Assembly: GCA_041690135.1 (NCBI GenBank)
Contig: JAWLHY010000005.1
Span: 96,001 to 160,000, forward strand
Reading direction: 5' to 3'
DNA from: Armatimonadota bacterium
GTDB lineage: Bacteria; Armatimonadota; SYMT01
DNA length: 64,000 nucleotides
The notes under the pieces are model-generated. The model was given only the letters and a program-made list of their open reading frames with translations. It searched no databases and was not told the origin of the DNA. Below are positions 19,077 to 28,084 of this stretch, one piece after another. The translations under genes and the position numbers were made by a program. How positions within the stretch are numbered: the first letter of the stretch is position 1; every line of letters starts with the position of its first letter.

Positions 19077-20072
19077 ATGCCCAAGACCGTAGCCATCACC
19101 GCCCTGGCCATCGCCAACGAAGAGAATGAAGTCGCTTATACTTTGAAGGAGCAGGGATACACCCTCGCCCTTCATCCGCATATGGTCATGCCCAACCGGG
19201 ATGAACTGCGCGCGCTCCTTGCGGACGCCGTGGGCGTGATTGCGGGAAGCGAGCCGTACACCCGCGAGGTGATGGATGAGGCGAAGCATCTCCGGGTGAT
19301 CTCTCGAAACGGGGTGGGTTACGACGCGATCGACGTGGCGGCCGCTACCGATCTCGGGATCGTGGTCACCTACACCCCGGATGCGATGGTCGATACCGTG
19401 GCGGACCTGGCTCTTGGTCTGCTGCTGGGAGTGGCCCGCCGGATCCCCGAACTGGACGCCCGCATGAAGAAGGGTGAATGGCACCGGGTGATCGGGGCCG
19501 ACGTCTCCGGCAAAACGCTCGGCCTGGTGGGTACCGGCCGCATCGGCATGGCCACCGCGCGCCGTGCGAAGGCGTTCAATATGCGGTTGGTGGGCTTCGA
19601 TCCGTATCCCAACCCGCTGTTCGTCGAGGAACTCGGCGGAGATTACCTGCCGCTCGAGGAGTTGTTCGAAGTGGCCGACTTCGTCAGCCTTCACGTACCT
19701 TCCACGGCGGGGACGCGCAACCTGGTTTCCGGAGAGCTCCTGGCTCGCCTCAAGCCGACCACGTTCCTGATCAACACGGCGCGCGGCACCTTGATCGACG
19801 AGGCCGCGCTGTTGCAGTACCTGCAGGAAGGCCGGCTCGCGGGTGCGGCGCTGGATGTTTTCAGCCAGGAGCCGCCCGCTCCCGGCTCCGCGGCGGAAGA
19901 GTTGGCGAAGCACCCCCGTGTGGTGGCGCTGCCGCACGTGGCCTCCTTCACCCCGAATACGGTGGCCCGGATGGGCCGGGGTGCGTGCCGGAACCTCCTC
20001 TCGGTCCTGAGCGGTACGCGCGACGCGGAGATCGTGAACCCCGAAGTCTTCGAGCGGGGCCTTCGGTCGTAG
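19077..20072 (+). CDS. D-2-hydroxyacid/phosphoglycerate dehydrogenase family protein
   Basis: GVGYDAID, GTGRIG, SLHVP, INTARG, LDVFSQEP, LPHVA. Confidence 0.9.
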   Translation: MPKTVAITALAIANEENEVAYTLKEQGYTLALHPHMVMPNRDELRALLADAVGVIAGSEPYTREVMDEAKHLRVISRNGVGYDAIDVAAATDLGIVVTYTPDAMVDTVADLALGLLLGVARRIPELDARMKKGEWHRVIGADVSGKTLGLVGTGRIGMATARRAKAFNMRLVGFDPYPNPLFVEELGGDYLPLEELFEVADFVSLHVPSTAGTRNLVSGELLARLKPTTFLINTARGTLIDEAALLQYLQEGRLAGAALDVFSQEPPAPGSAAEELAKHPRVVALPHVASFTPNTVARMGRGACRNLLSVLSGTRDAEIVNPEVFERGLRS

Positions 20073-20092
20073 GCTGGGAGCCGACCGGAGCC

Positions 20093-20818
20093 ATGCCGAG
20101 ACCCGTCATCGTCGGCCATCGCGGGGCGGCTGCGGTCGCCCCCGAGAATACCCTCTCCTCGTTCCAGGCCGCCGAGGCCGCCGGAGCGGAAGGGGTCGAG
20201 CTGGACGTGCGGCTAACCCTTGATGGCGTCGTGGTCTGTTTCCATGACGATCGCCTTGACCGTCTCACCCCGGCTCGAGGTCCGCTCGCGGAGCGGACCT
20301 GGGCCGAACTGGCGGAATTCCGTGTGTTGCCCGGCGCCTTCCACGGTGCGTTTCCGGATGCTCGCATCCCTACACTCGGCGAAGTCTATACCGCACTCGC
20401 CGCCGGTACTCGGGTCGTGGTGGAGATGAAGGCAGTGCCCGCCGACGAGGAACTGCTGGTCGAACGCACCCTCGCAATCATTGAGAGCGCCGGCGCCCTG
20501 GCGCGGACACGGATCATTTCCTTCGAGCAGGATCTGTTGCGCCGTGTGCGGCGACGCAATTCCTCGGTAGCTCTGGGCGTACTGGCCGGCCGGGGCGATT
20601 TCCCTACCCTGTACCCGCGCGCCCAAGAAGTGGGCGCCGCGGTCCTGCATGTCCACCACTCCCTCCTCGATGCCCCGTTTCTTACCGAAGCGCACGACAG
20701 AGGTTTCTTCGTGAACGCCTGGACGGTAAACACAGTAGAAGCGGCGCGCCGGTTGTCCGCCCTGGGCGCGGATGAGATCACCACCGACGATCCCGCGCTG
20801 CTGCTTCGAAGCAGTTGA
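20093..20818 (+). CDS. Glycerophosphodiester phosphodiesterase (GDPD/UgpQ family)
   Basis: GHRGA..PENT, ELDVRLTLDG, HD, IPTL, EMK, ISF, WTVN, ITTDDP; SD GGAG before ATG 20093. Confidence 0.9.
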   Translation: MPRPVIVGHRGAAAVAPENTLSSFQAAEAAGAEGVELDVRLTLDGVVVCFHDDRLDRLTPARGPLAERTWAELAEFRVLPGAFHGAFPDARIPTLGEVYTALAAGTRVVVEMKAVPADEELLVERTLAIIESAGALARTRIISFEQDLLRRVRRRNSSVALGVLAGRGDFPTLYPRAQEVGAAVLHVHHSLLDAPFLTEAHDRGFFVNAWTVNTVEAARRLSALGADEITTDDPALLLRSS

Positions 20819-20890
20819 TCCGGGAGCAGTGCGGCGTGTGAACCGAACCGTGCTCTCCCCCGGGAACTTCGAAACGGGAGCAGGGACGGT

Positions 20891-22171
20891 ATGCAAACGC
20901 TGGAGCAGCGGGGATTGGTGTCGGCGGAAGAAGTGTTCGCAAAACTTCGTCGCACGGCGCCCGAGCCGGGGATGGTTCTTCCCGACTATGCGGAGTACTC
21001 GATCTGCAACATCGCACCGCTGATCCACCAGAACTTCGGTCTGGCGAACCGCTGCCCCGATTGCCTCCAGCCCCTGCTCGACCGTAAGTACAAGCGTATT
21101 TTACTGCTGATCCTGGATGCTCTGGGCTGGAACCAGGTGCATCACTTTCTTCCCCACCTGCCGCCGCTGCAGCGGATCTACGAACGGGCGCAAGTGCTCC
21201 CCTTGACGGTGCCCTTCCCATCCACCACGACGGTCGCGCTTACCGGGATCTATACGGGTCTCACCCCGGTAGAGCACGGCATCAGCGGTCACATGGTCTA
21301 CCTCCGGGAGCTTGGGGCGGTCGTGGACATCCTCAAATTCTCGCCCGTTGGGGAGCCGCGACGGGATGTTTATGCCGAGCGCGGCGTGGATGTGCGGCAG
21401 CTCTTCCCCGTCACGACGGTGTTCCAGCCGCTGCGGGAGGCGGGCCTGGAAGCCATGTCCATTACGCGTGCCCAGTTTACGAACACGGCGTTGGGCCGGC
21501 TGCACCACGTAGGTGCGGAGGTTCGCGGTTACCTGTGCGGCGCCGACCTGTTCGTCCTGATGCGCAAAGCGTTGCAGAAGCGCACGGGTCCGGGGCTGAT
21601 CAGCGTGTACTGGGACGAGGTGGATATGCTCTCCCATGAGTACGGTCCTTTCTCCCAGATGGTGCGCGCCTCCATCGACCGCTTCTTCTACTCCTTGGAG
21701 CGGGAGATCCTGGACCGCCTCACGGACGAGGAGCGGGAGGACACGCTGCTGCTGATGGTGGCGGATCATGGCCAAACGACCTGCCATCCGGAAGAGGCCG
21801 TGTACCTGGGCGAGCAGCGGAGGCTGTGGGACCTTTGTATGCTGCCCCCCGCCGGGCAGTCTCGCTCGGCGTATCTCTACGCCAACCAGGGAGAGTTTAT
21901 GGCGCTCGGCGAGGAACTGGGCCACTTCGAGGACCGCTTGATGATCCGGAGCAGTGAGGAAGCGCTGCGTGCCGGGCTCTTCGGTCCTCCCGAGCACCGC
22001 CACCGCATCCGGCGGCGCGTGGGCGACTATCTCGCCCTCGGTCGCAAGGGATCGCAGGTGCTCGGTGTGGAAGTGCTCCGTGACCAGGAAGCGCCCCGCG
22101 GCCGCCACGGCAGCCTGAGCGAGGACGAAATGCTGGTCCCGCTCCTGGCTCTGCCTTTGGACGGGTGGTAG
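20891..22171 (+). CDS. Alkaline phosphatase superfamily / type I phosphodiesterase-nucleotide pyrophosphatase
   Basis: LILDALG, FPSTT (Thr nucleophile), D...H.YG, ADHG, GRHGSLSEDEMLVP. Confidence 0.85.
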   Translation: MQTLEQRGLVSAEEVFAKLRRTAPEPGMVLPDYAEYSICNIAPLIHQNFGLANRCPDCLQPLLDRKYKRILLLILDALGWNQVHHFLPHLPPLQRIYERAQVLPLTVPFPSTTTVALTGIYTGLTPVEHGISGHMVYLRELGAVVDILKFSPVGEPRRDVYAERGVDVRQLFPVTTVFQPLREAGLEAMSITRAQFTNTALGRLHHVGAEVRGYLCGADLFVLMRKALQKRTGPGLISVYWDEVDMLSHEYGPFSQMVRASIDRFFYSLEREILDRLTDEEREDTLLLMVADHGQTTCHPEEAVYLGEQRRLWDLCMLPPAGQSRSAYLYANQGEFMALGEELGHFEDRLMIRSSEEALRAGLFGPPEHRHRIRRRVGDYLALGRKGSQVLGVEVLRDQEAPRGRHGSLSEDEMLVPLLALPLDGW

Positions 22172-22242
22172 GACTCCTTGTAATTCCCTTGCGGTCGCGA
22201 CGGAAGGAGCTTGGTCGAATACCCGTGTTGAGTAAGCCGGAA

Positions 22243-22392
22243 CGTAGGGAATGTGACGCCGTTCCATTCCGAAGTCAGCAAAGCTGATCCTGTTGTGCCA
22301 GATGGAACCAGATCGGAACCCGTGTCGCTACGCGCTGGCAGAACGGGATCAGTTCCAGGCCAGCCGAACGCTACGGCGAGACGTTCCCTACG
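22243..22392. repeat. GTAG-type REP doublet (REPIN) with an inner long hairpin
   Basis: CGTAGGGAATGT..CATTCC and the inverted copy ..GAACG..ACGTTCCCTACG; inner 20-bp imperfect IR at 22282-22301/22335-22354. Confidence 0.6.
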
Positions 22393-22526
22393 GGCGCCGC
22401 TCACAGAGAATGGCAGAGGGCGCCTCCCCTTCATCAAAGTGACAGCGAACGGCCACCTCCTTCTCTCCCGGCTTTAGAGGAAAACTCCCGGCCATCGAAG
22501 GACATGGGACTCGGAGGAACCTGAAG

Positions 22527-22970
22527 ATGTCCGAGACGCAGGAAGATCTGTCGCAGTTTGTGGAGGGGGGAGCGGGTATCTTTTGCATTCGCGCGCCCGA
22601 GACCTGCCGGAACTGGAACGGCATCCGGTACAAGCCGGGTCTCTCGGCGAAGAACACCCCCGCTCGCAAGCTTTCGATGAACGTGGCGACCATCCCGCCC
22701 GGCGGGGTTGCCTACGCCCACATCCACGTCGATTTCGACGTGATGCTCTACATCCTGCAGGGGAAGGTCCGGCACATCTATGGGCCCGGCCTGAAGGAGA
22801 CGGTCGACAACGAGGCGGGCGACTTCATCTACATCGAGCCGGGCGTTCCGCACGAGGTGTACAACCTCAGCGACACCGAGCCGGTGATGGCGGTGGTGGC
22901 CCGCTCCGACGCCAGCGAGTGGGAGAACATCATCCCCTACGACCGGAACGCCGACGCAGCGGCCGGTTGA
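22527..22970 (+). CDS. Cupin domain protein (RmlC-like)
   Basis: IPPGG..AHIH, LYILQG, AGDFIYIEPGVPH; SD GGAGG. Confidence 0.88.
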   Translation: MSETQEDLSQFVEGGAGIFCIRAPETCRNWNGIRYKPGLSAKNTPARKLSMNVATIPPGGVAYAHIHVDFDVMLYILQGKVRHIYGPGLKETVDNEAGDFIYIEPGVPHEVYNLSDTEPVMAVVARSDASEWENIIPYDRNADAAAG

Positions 22971-23131
22971 AGGTTGGCAAGTCGTAGGTTGAAAGTTGAA
23001 GGTTGAGTGTTGTAGGTTGTCCCCCGAACACCCGAACACCCGACCACCCGAACACCCGAACACCTGACCACCCGACCACCGGCGGATGGGACGTTCGCGC
23101 TCCCAACGTTTACCACCCGAGGGGTGGACCA
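22965..23131 (+). repeat. Composite repeat: 7-mer array + 7x CCYGAMCA octamer + REP-like palindrome + conserved tail
   Basis: AGGTTGA-like heptamers (22965-23020), octamers (23023-23078), GGCGGATGGGACGTTCGCGCTCC, CCCAACGTTTACCACCCGAGGGGTGG. Confidence 0.85.
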
Positions 23132-24385
23132 ATGCCTAACACCCCCTGCCAATTGGATGCGGCCGATCCCCTCGCACGGTTCCGCGACCGGTTCGTCATC
23201 GAGGACCCGGAGGAGATCTACCTGGACGGCAACTCCCTCGGCCGGTTACCCAAAGCCACGGCGGAGCGGCTCGCCCGGGTGGTGCGGGAGCAGTGGGGCC
23301 GGGAGCTGATCGGAAGCTGGAACGAGCACTGGTTCGACCTGCCACGGCGAGTCGGCGGCAAGATCGCCGGGGTTGTCGGGGCCGGTCCGGACGAGGTGGT
23401 GGTCGCGGACTCGACGTCCGTCAACCTCTTCAAGCTGGCGCTGGCGGCGTGTCGCGCTCGGCCGGACCGGCGGAAGATCGTGACGGACGATCTCAACTTT
23501 CCGTCCGACGTGTACGTGCTCCAATCCGTGGCGGAGTTGGCCGGGCCGGACCACCAGGTGGTGATTGTCCCTTCCGCCGATGGGATGACCGTCCCCCTCG
23601 AAAGCCTGTCCGCAGCGATCGGTGAGGATACGGCCCTGGTGGCGCTGTCCCACACCACCTTCAAGAGCGCCTTCGTCCACGACCTCGCCGGGGTGACTGA
23701 AGTCGCGCACCGGCGGGGCGCGCTGGTGCTCTGGGACCTGAGCCACTCCGCCGGCGCGGTACCGGTGGGCCTGAACGCAGCCGGTGCCGATCTGGCCGTG
23801 GGGTGCACCTACAAGTTTCTCAATGGTGGCCCAGGCGCTCCGGCCTACCTCTACGTCCGCAAAGATCTGCAGTCGCAGTTCGGCAATCCGATCGCCGGCT
23901 GGTTTGGGCGCGCGGACCCCTTCCGCTTTGATCTGGGCTACGAGCCACTCCCCGACGTGCGACGCTTCCTGACCGGCACGCCGCCCATCCTCTCGCTGGC
24001 GGCGATCGAGCCGGGTGTTGAGCTGGTGCTGGAGGCCGGGATCGCGGCGATCCGGGAGAAGTCGGTCCGGCAAACGGACTACCTCGTCGAACTCTGGGAA
24101 GAACGCCTGGCGCCGCTCGGCTACACTCTGAACTCCCCCCGCGACAGTGCCGCCCGCGCCTCCCACATTTCGCTGGGACATCCCGAGGGCTACCGGATCA
24201 ACCGCGCGCTGATCGAGCGGTACCGCGTGGTCCCCGACTTCCGCGCCCCGGACAACATCCGCCTGGGAGTTTCGCCGCTCTACACCACCTTCACGGAAAT
24301 CGCCCGCGCTGTCGAAGCACTGGCACTGACGGTCGAAGAGTGCATCTACGAGCAGTTTTCAGCCGCTCAGGAGGGAGTCACCTGA
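23132..24385 (+). CDS. kynU: Kynureninase
   Basis: DPLARFR, IYLDGNSLG, DSTSVNLFK, NFPSD, WDLSHSAG, GCTYKFLNGGPG, GWFG, DFRAPDNIR. Confidence 0.95.
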   Translation: MPNTPCQLDAADPLARFRDRFVIEDPEEIYLDGNSLGRLPKATAERLARVVREQWGRELIGSWNEHWFDLPRRVGGKIAGVVGAGPDEVVVADSTSVNLFKLALAACRARPDRRKIVTDDLNFPSDVYVLQSVAELAGPDHQVVIVPSADGMTVPLESLSAAIGEDTALVALSHTTFKSAFVHDLAGVTEVAHRRGALVLWDLSHSAGAVPVGLNAAGADLAVGCTYKFLNGGPGAPAYLYVRKDLQSQFGNPIAGWFGRADPFRFDLGYEPLPDVRRFLTGTPPILSLAAIEPGVELVLEAGIAAIREKSVRQTDYLVELWEERLAPLGYTLNSPRDSAARASHISLGHPEGYRINRALIERYRVVPDFRAPDNIRLGVSPLYTTFTEIARAVEALALTVEECIYEQFSAAQEGVT

Positions 24386-24398
24386 CGGAGGTTCGCGC

Positions 24399-25922
24399 AT
24401 GCTCGCACGTTGTCGCCTGGCCGTACCGGTGATACTTCGGGCGTTTTGGCTCGGTGTCGCACTGCTGATGCTCGCCTCCGGCGCCTCGGCCATCGGCCCA
24501 TTTCCTTCCGTGCTCAACCCGCGCACGTACCGTTCACCCTCCGGGGAGTACGAGTTGCTGGTGAACCCGACGAAGCGGTACGGGGAAGGCCCCGCATGGT
24601 ATCGCCTCCGGAAGAAGGGGCACGAAATCTGGGGCGGCAAGCGTCCGTTCACCCTGTCGGAGGCCGAGGTGGCCGACGATGGGACTGTCGGCGGCTATGC
24701 CTACCTTGGCGGCGAAGACAGCGACGACCATCCCTTTGCCGTGGTGGTGATCGCACCCAACGGTCGAACGGTGACGGATCACCGCACCGCACGAAGCTCC
24801 AGCCGGTTTCTGCATACCTTTCCCAATCCCCGTGCCCAGGGCATGTTCCTCGATCTCGCGACACGGGAATTGGTCGTCCGGGTAGCGGACGAGGACGTGA
24901 ACGCTGCCGTCGAGTGGTGGTGGCGATATCCGCTCACAGAGAGCCGGACCGAAGGGGGACCGACGGTAATCCTCCACGAGGGGAAACCCTCGCGCCAGGC
25001 GAAAGGGCGAAACTCCGGCGAGACCTCCCGCCCGTCGCCGAAGGCAGAACGCAAGGCCGGCCCTACCATTCCACGACGTTCGCTCGTTCTCCAGGGGGCA
25101 GTGCACTTGCAGCCCCGCGGTGGAATGGACTTTCCGGAAGATGCATCCGCGGAGATCGCACAGTGTGCGCTTGGCGCGGGGCGGGTGGTGTACTTGCTGG
25201 AATCACCCTCCGGAAGGATTCACACTTTCGACGTGGCGGGGCGTCCGCTCCGGGTACTACAACCGGGCGGGCCACCCCCCACCTCGAGAATGTCTACTTC
25301 CTTCGCCATCTCGCCGCGCGGTGAGGTTCAGCTCATCGGCACCGATGGTGGTCTCCAATGGCAACGTGTGGCGCGGTTCGGTCCGGCGGGAAGCTTTCTG
25401 GGCTGGCAACCAGTGGAAGGAGACTCCTTCCTTCGGTGGCATTACCATTCCCCCACCGGTCGCCGGTGGGAGATCGATTCCGAACGAATTGTCCTCCGGA
25501 GTTTCCGCGGTCAGAAGCTCTGGGAGACCGAGCGATTTCCCGATCAGACCTGGTTGGATTGGCCGGATGACACGGCCGTCGCACCTGGTGGCGCATTGGT
25601 CGGGTTATGGGGAGTGTTGGGCTCCGAACCGGCTCTGTTGTGCGTGTTCGGAGCCGATGGACGGTCGGGAGCGATGTTCCGCCTGCCGGAGAAAGGGGAT
25701 GCGGAACACGGAATGTTCCTGGCGTCGGACGGTCGCCGCATCTTCGTGGTGGATCGGATCTCGGTGCTAGCGCTCGACCTGTCGGGAAAGCCCCTCTGGC
25801 GGGCACGCATCCCGGAGAAGCTCGTCTTGCAAAAGAGTGTGCTGTTGCCGATGGTTGATCCTCACCGGAACGAGTTGCTGCTGTACAATAGGAAGAGGAC
25901 CCTTTACCGATTCGCCCTGTGA
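24399..25922 (+). CDS. Secreted hypothetical protein (possible beta-propeller repeats)
   Basis: N-terminal signal peptide; repeated beta-strand/F-x-x-x-G patterns; no family recognised. Confidence 0.55.
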   Translation: MLARCRLAVPVILRAFWLGVALLMLASGASAIGPFPSVLNPRTYRSPSGEYELLVNPTKRYGEGPAWYRLRKKGHEIWGGKRPFTLSEAEVADDGTVGGYAYLGGEDSDDHPFAVVVIAPNGRTVTDHRTARSSSRFLHTFPNPRAQGMFLDLATRELVVRVADEDVNAAVEWWWRYPLTESRTEGGPTVILHEGKPSRQAKGRNSGETSRPSPKAERKAGPTIPRRSLVLQGAVHLQPRGGMDFPEDASAEIAQCALGAGRVVYLLESPSGRIHTFDVAGRPLRVLQPGGPPPTSRMSTSFAISPRGEVQLIGTDGGLQWQRVARFGPAGSFLGWQPVEGDSFLRWHYHSPTGRRWEIDSERIVLRSFRGQKLWETERFPDQTWLDWPDDTAVAPGGALVGLWGVLGSEPALLCVFGADGRSGAMFRLPEKGDAEHGMFLASDGRRIFVVDRISVLALDLSGKPLWRARIPEKLVLQKSVLLPMVDPHRNELLLYNRKRTLYRFAL

Positions 25923-25934
25923 GGAGCCCATGCC

Positions 25935-26711
25935 ATGCGACGCCTACTCCGATCTGTTCCTTTGCGCCTGTTGACGGCGGCATCCCTTATTGGGGCACTG
26001 GTCGTCACCACGGCCACCCAGAGCGGCGCCCAGCGACCAGTGAGTTCCGCCAGGACGACCAAAGCTCCGCGCTACGAGTACCGCACTTTCCACGACCCGA
26101 ACGGGACCGGGAAGTTCTACATGGGGCGCGAGATCGCCCAGGTGATGGGACATCTTGCGGCGGGTTGGCTGGAGCGTCCGGAACGCGAGGTGGAGGAGCA
26201 GCCGGCAAAGCTCATGGCGGCGCTCAAGCTCAAGCCGGGTGACGTGGTAGCGGATATCGGGGCCGGCAGCGGGTACTTCACCTTCCGGCTGGCCGACCAG
26301 GTCGGCCCGCAGGGGAAGGTGTACGCCGTCGATATTCAGCCCGAGATGCTCGACATCATCCGAAAGCGGATGAAGGAACGGCAGGTGACGCACGTGGTGC
26401 CCGTGCTCGGCGAGATCACCGACCCGAAGCTGCCACCCAACTCCGTGGACCTGATGTTGATGGTGGACGTTTACCACGAGTTCTCGCACCCGTGGGAGAT
26501 GACCACCAATATGGTCCGGGCGCTCAAGCCGGGCGGGCGTCTCGTGTTCGTGGAGTACCGGCTGGAAGACCCGCGGGTGCCGATCAAGCTCGTGCACAAG
26601 ATGAGTGAGGCGCAGGTCCGCCTTGAGATGCAGCCGCACCCGCTTACCTGGGTCGAAACGGTCCGCACCCTCCCCTGGCAGCACGTGGTGATCTTCAAAA
26701 AGAAGTCTTAA
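25935..26711 (+). CDS. Class I SAM-dependent methyltransferase with N-terminal signal-like segment
   Basis: YMGREIAQVMGH, WLERPERE, VADIGAGSGYF, AVDIQPEM, VDVYHE, LKPGG. Confidence 0.88.
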   Translation: MRRLLRSVPLRLLTAASLIGALVVTTATQSGAQRPVSSARTTKAPRYEYRTFHDPNGTGKFYMGREIAQVMGHLAAGWLERPEREVEEQPAKLMAALKLKPGDVVADIGAGSGYFTFRLADQVGPQGKVYAVDIQPEMLDIIRKRMKERQVTHVVPVLGEITDPKLPPNSVDLMLMVDVYHEFSHPWEMTTNMVRALKPGGRLVFVEYRLEDPRVPIKLVHKMSEAQVRLEMQPHPLTWVETVRTLPWQHVVIFKKKS

Positions 26712-27771
26712 CAGCCCAGGGGATTCGGTAGCCCGGGTTTTTCACCGGGATTCGGTACAGGCCTTTGTCGATGGTGACGTAAAGGGTCTTGCTCTCCGGG
26801 CCAATTCCGAATGTGACGTTGCTGGGCACGCCGACCGGCTCTTTGGCTCCGGGCTGCGTGGGCCCCGTTGGGATGAAGCCCACTTCCTTGCCGTTCGGGT
26901 CGATCACCAGGATGCCGGGGCGGAGTAGGCTGCGGAGCGCGAGGTAGATGTTCCCCTTCACGTCGAGCGCCAGGCCGTCGCAGCCCTTCTCGTCGCCGAA
27001 GTCCACGAGCGTGCGCCGAGGACCGCTCACCAGGCCGTCCGCGCCCAGGGGAAAGGCGGAGATGCGCATGGCGCCTGGTTTCGGCGGCGGAGCGTTCGGC
27101 TCCACGCGGTCGCTCCCGTTGTTGTGCTCCACCACGTAAAGCGTGCGGTCATCCGGGCTCAGGGCCACGCCGTTCGGCTTCTCGCAATCGTGGGTCACCT
27201 CGACCAGGCGGCGGTCCTTGGGGTCGAACCGGTAGATTGCCCGGTGCTCCAACTCCCGCTCTTCGTGGCCGAGGTACTTCGGGTCGGCGAAGTAGATCCG
27301 GCCCTTCCGGTCGATGCAGAGATCGTTCGGGGCGTTGAACCGCTTGCCCATGTACCGGTCGACCAGCACCTCCCGTTCGCCGGTCCGGACGTTCCAACGG
27401 GAGAGGCAGCGCCCGCCGTAGTCTGCACCCTCACAGGCGACCAGCCGTCCCTGGGCGTCGAAGTAAAGGCCGTTGGACTTGCGGCTGTCGGCGGCGAAGA
27501 CTGTGGTCTTCTTCGTCTTCGGATCGAACCGCAGGATCATCCCTTTGTCGGTGCCGACCGGGATATCGGAGAAGTAAACGGTGCCGTCCGGGGCTACCGC
27601 CGGCCCCTCCGTCAGGCCACCGCGGATCGGCGCCGTGCGGGTGAAGAGGTGCTCCAGCCGGGCTTGCGGATCCACGATCCCGGCGCCCCGCGGCGGTGGA
27701 ACCTCCCCCGCCGCCCGGACGACCGACACGGCCAGCAGCGAAATTCCAGCAGCAAACAGCCACCTGTGCAT
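26695..27771 (-). CDS. SMP-30/gluconolactonase/LRE family protein, secreted
   Basis: TEGPA, YFSDI, SNGL, FNAPNDL, PNGVALSPD, DGLALD, PSNVTFG. Confidence 0.92.
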   Translation of the reverse strand: MHRWLFAAGISLLAVSVVRAAGEVPPPRGAGIVDPQARLEHLFTRTAPIRGGLTEGPAVAPDGTVYFSDIPVGTDKGMILRFDPKTKKTTVFAADSRKSNGLYFDAQGRLVACEGADYGGRCLSRWNVRTGEREVLVDRYMGKRFNAPNDLCIDRKGRIYFADPKYLGHEERELEHRAIYRFDPKDRRLVEVTHDCEKPNGVALSPDDRTLYVVEHNNGSDRVEPNAPPPKPGAMRISAFPLGADGLVSGPRRTLVDFGDEKGCDGLALDVKGNIYLALRSLLRPGILVIDPNGKEVGFIPTGPTQPGAKEPVGVPSNVTFGIGPESKTLYVTIDKGLYRIPVKNPGYRIPWAVKTSF

Positions 27772-27930
27772 GGGGGTCCTCCTGTTAAGAACCTGTGCGA
27801 GACCTCTTCACAAATGGAACGGGAGAGTGGGAGAGAGGAAGAATGGGTGCGGTCGGTCGGCGAAATAGTTTCCTTCCTGTGGAAATCGCAACGGCCTTTT
27901 CGCCTCGCACCCGGTCGGAGCCTGGAGGAA

Positions 27931-27964
27931 AGGGGTGGTCACCCGACGCCGAATGACCACCCCT
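27931..27964 (-). terminator. Hairpin, probable terminator after the oxidoreductase gene
   Basis: AGGGGTGGTCA-N12-TGACCACCCCT. Confidence 0.55.
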
Positions 27965-27984
27965 CCCCTACTTGTCCCAGGACT

Positions 27985-28082
27985 TCACGCATTACGCGTC
28001 ACGTATCACGCTGCCACTCGGTAACCGCACCTGTCTTGTTTCGGACGGTCCCCACTACGCAATACGTACCACGTAATACGGA
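27985..28082. repeat. Two short degenerate heptamer arrays (NYACGYA-like)
   Basis: TCACGCA TTACGCG TCACGTA TCACGCT and CTACGCA ATACGTA CCACGTA ATACGGA. Confidence 0.7.
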
Positions 28083-28084
28083 CC

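Noticed and set aside
19478-20092. N-terminal extension of the GDPD ORF (possible frameshift fusion with the dehydrogenase)
   Set aside because: The extension overlaps the intact upstream gene in another frame; there is an SD and ATG at 20093.
20891-22171. BREX PglZ defence gene
   Set aside because: Stand-alone AlkP-fold protein in a metabolic context; no brxC, pglX or brxL nearby.
22965-23080. Possible CRISPR array
   Set aside because: Units are 7-8 bp and contiguous, with no unique spacers and no cas genes in the window.
23003-23131. Repeat-encoded N-terminal extension of kynureninase
   Set aside because: It is just the translated octamer repeat; homology starts after ATG 23132.
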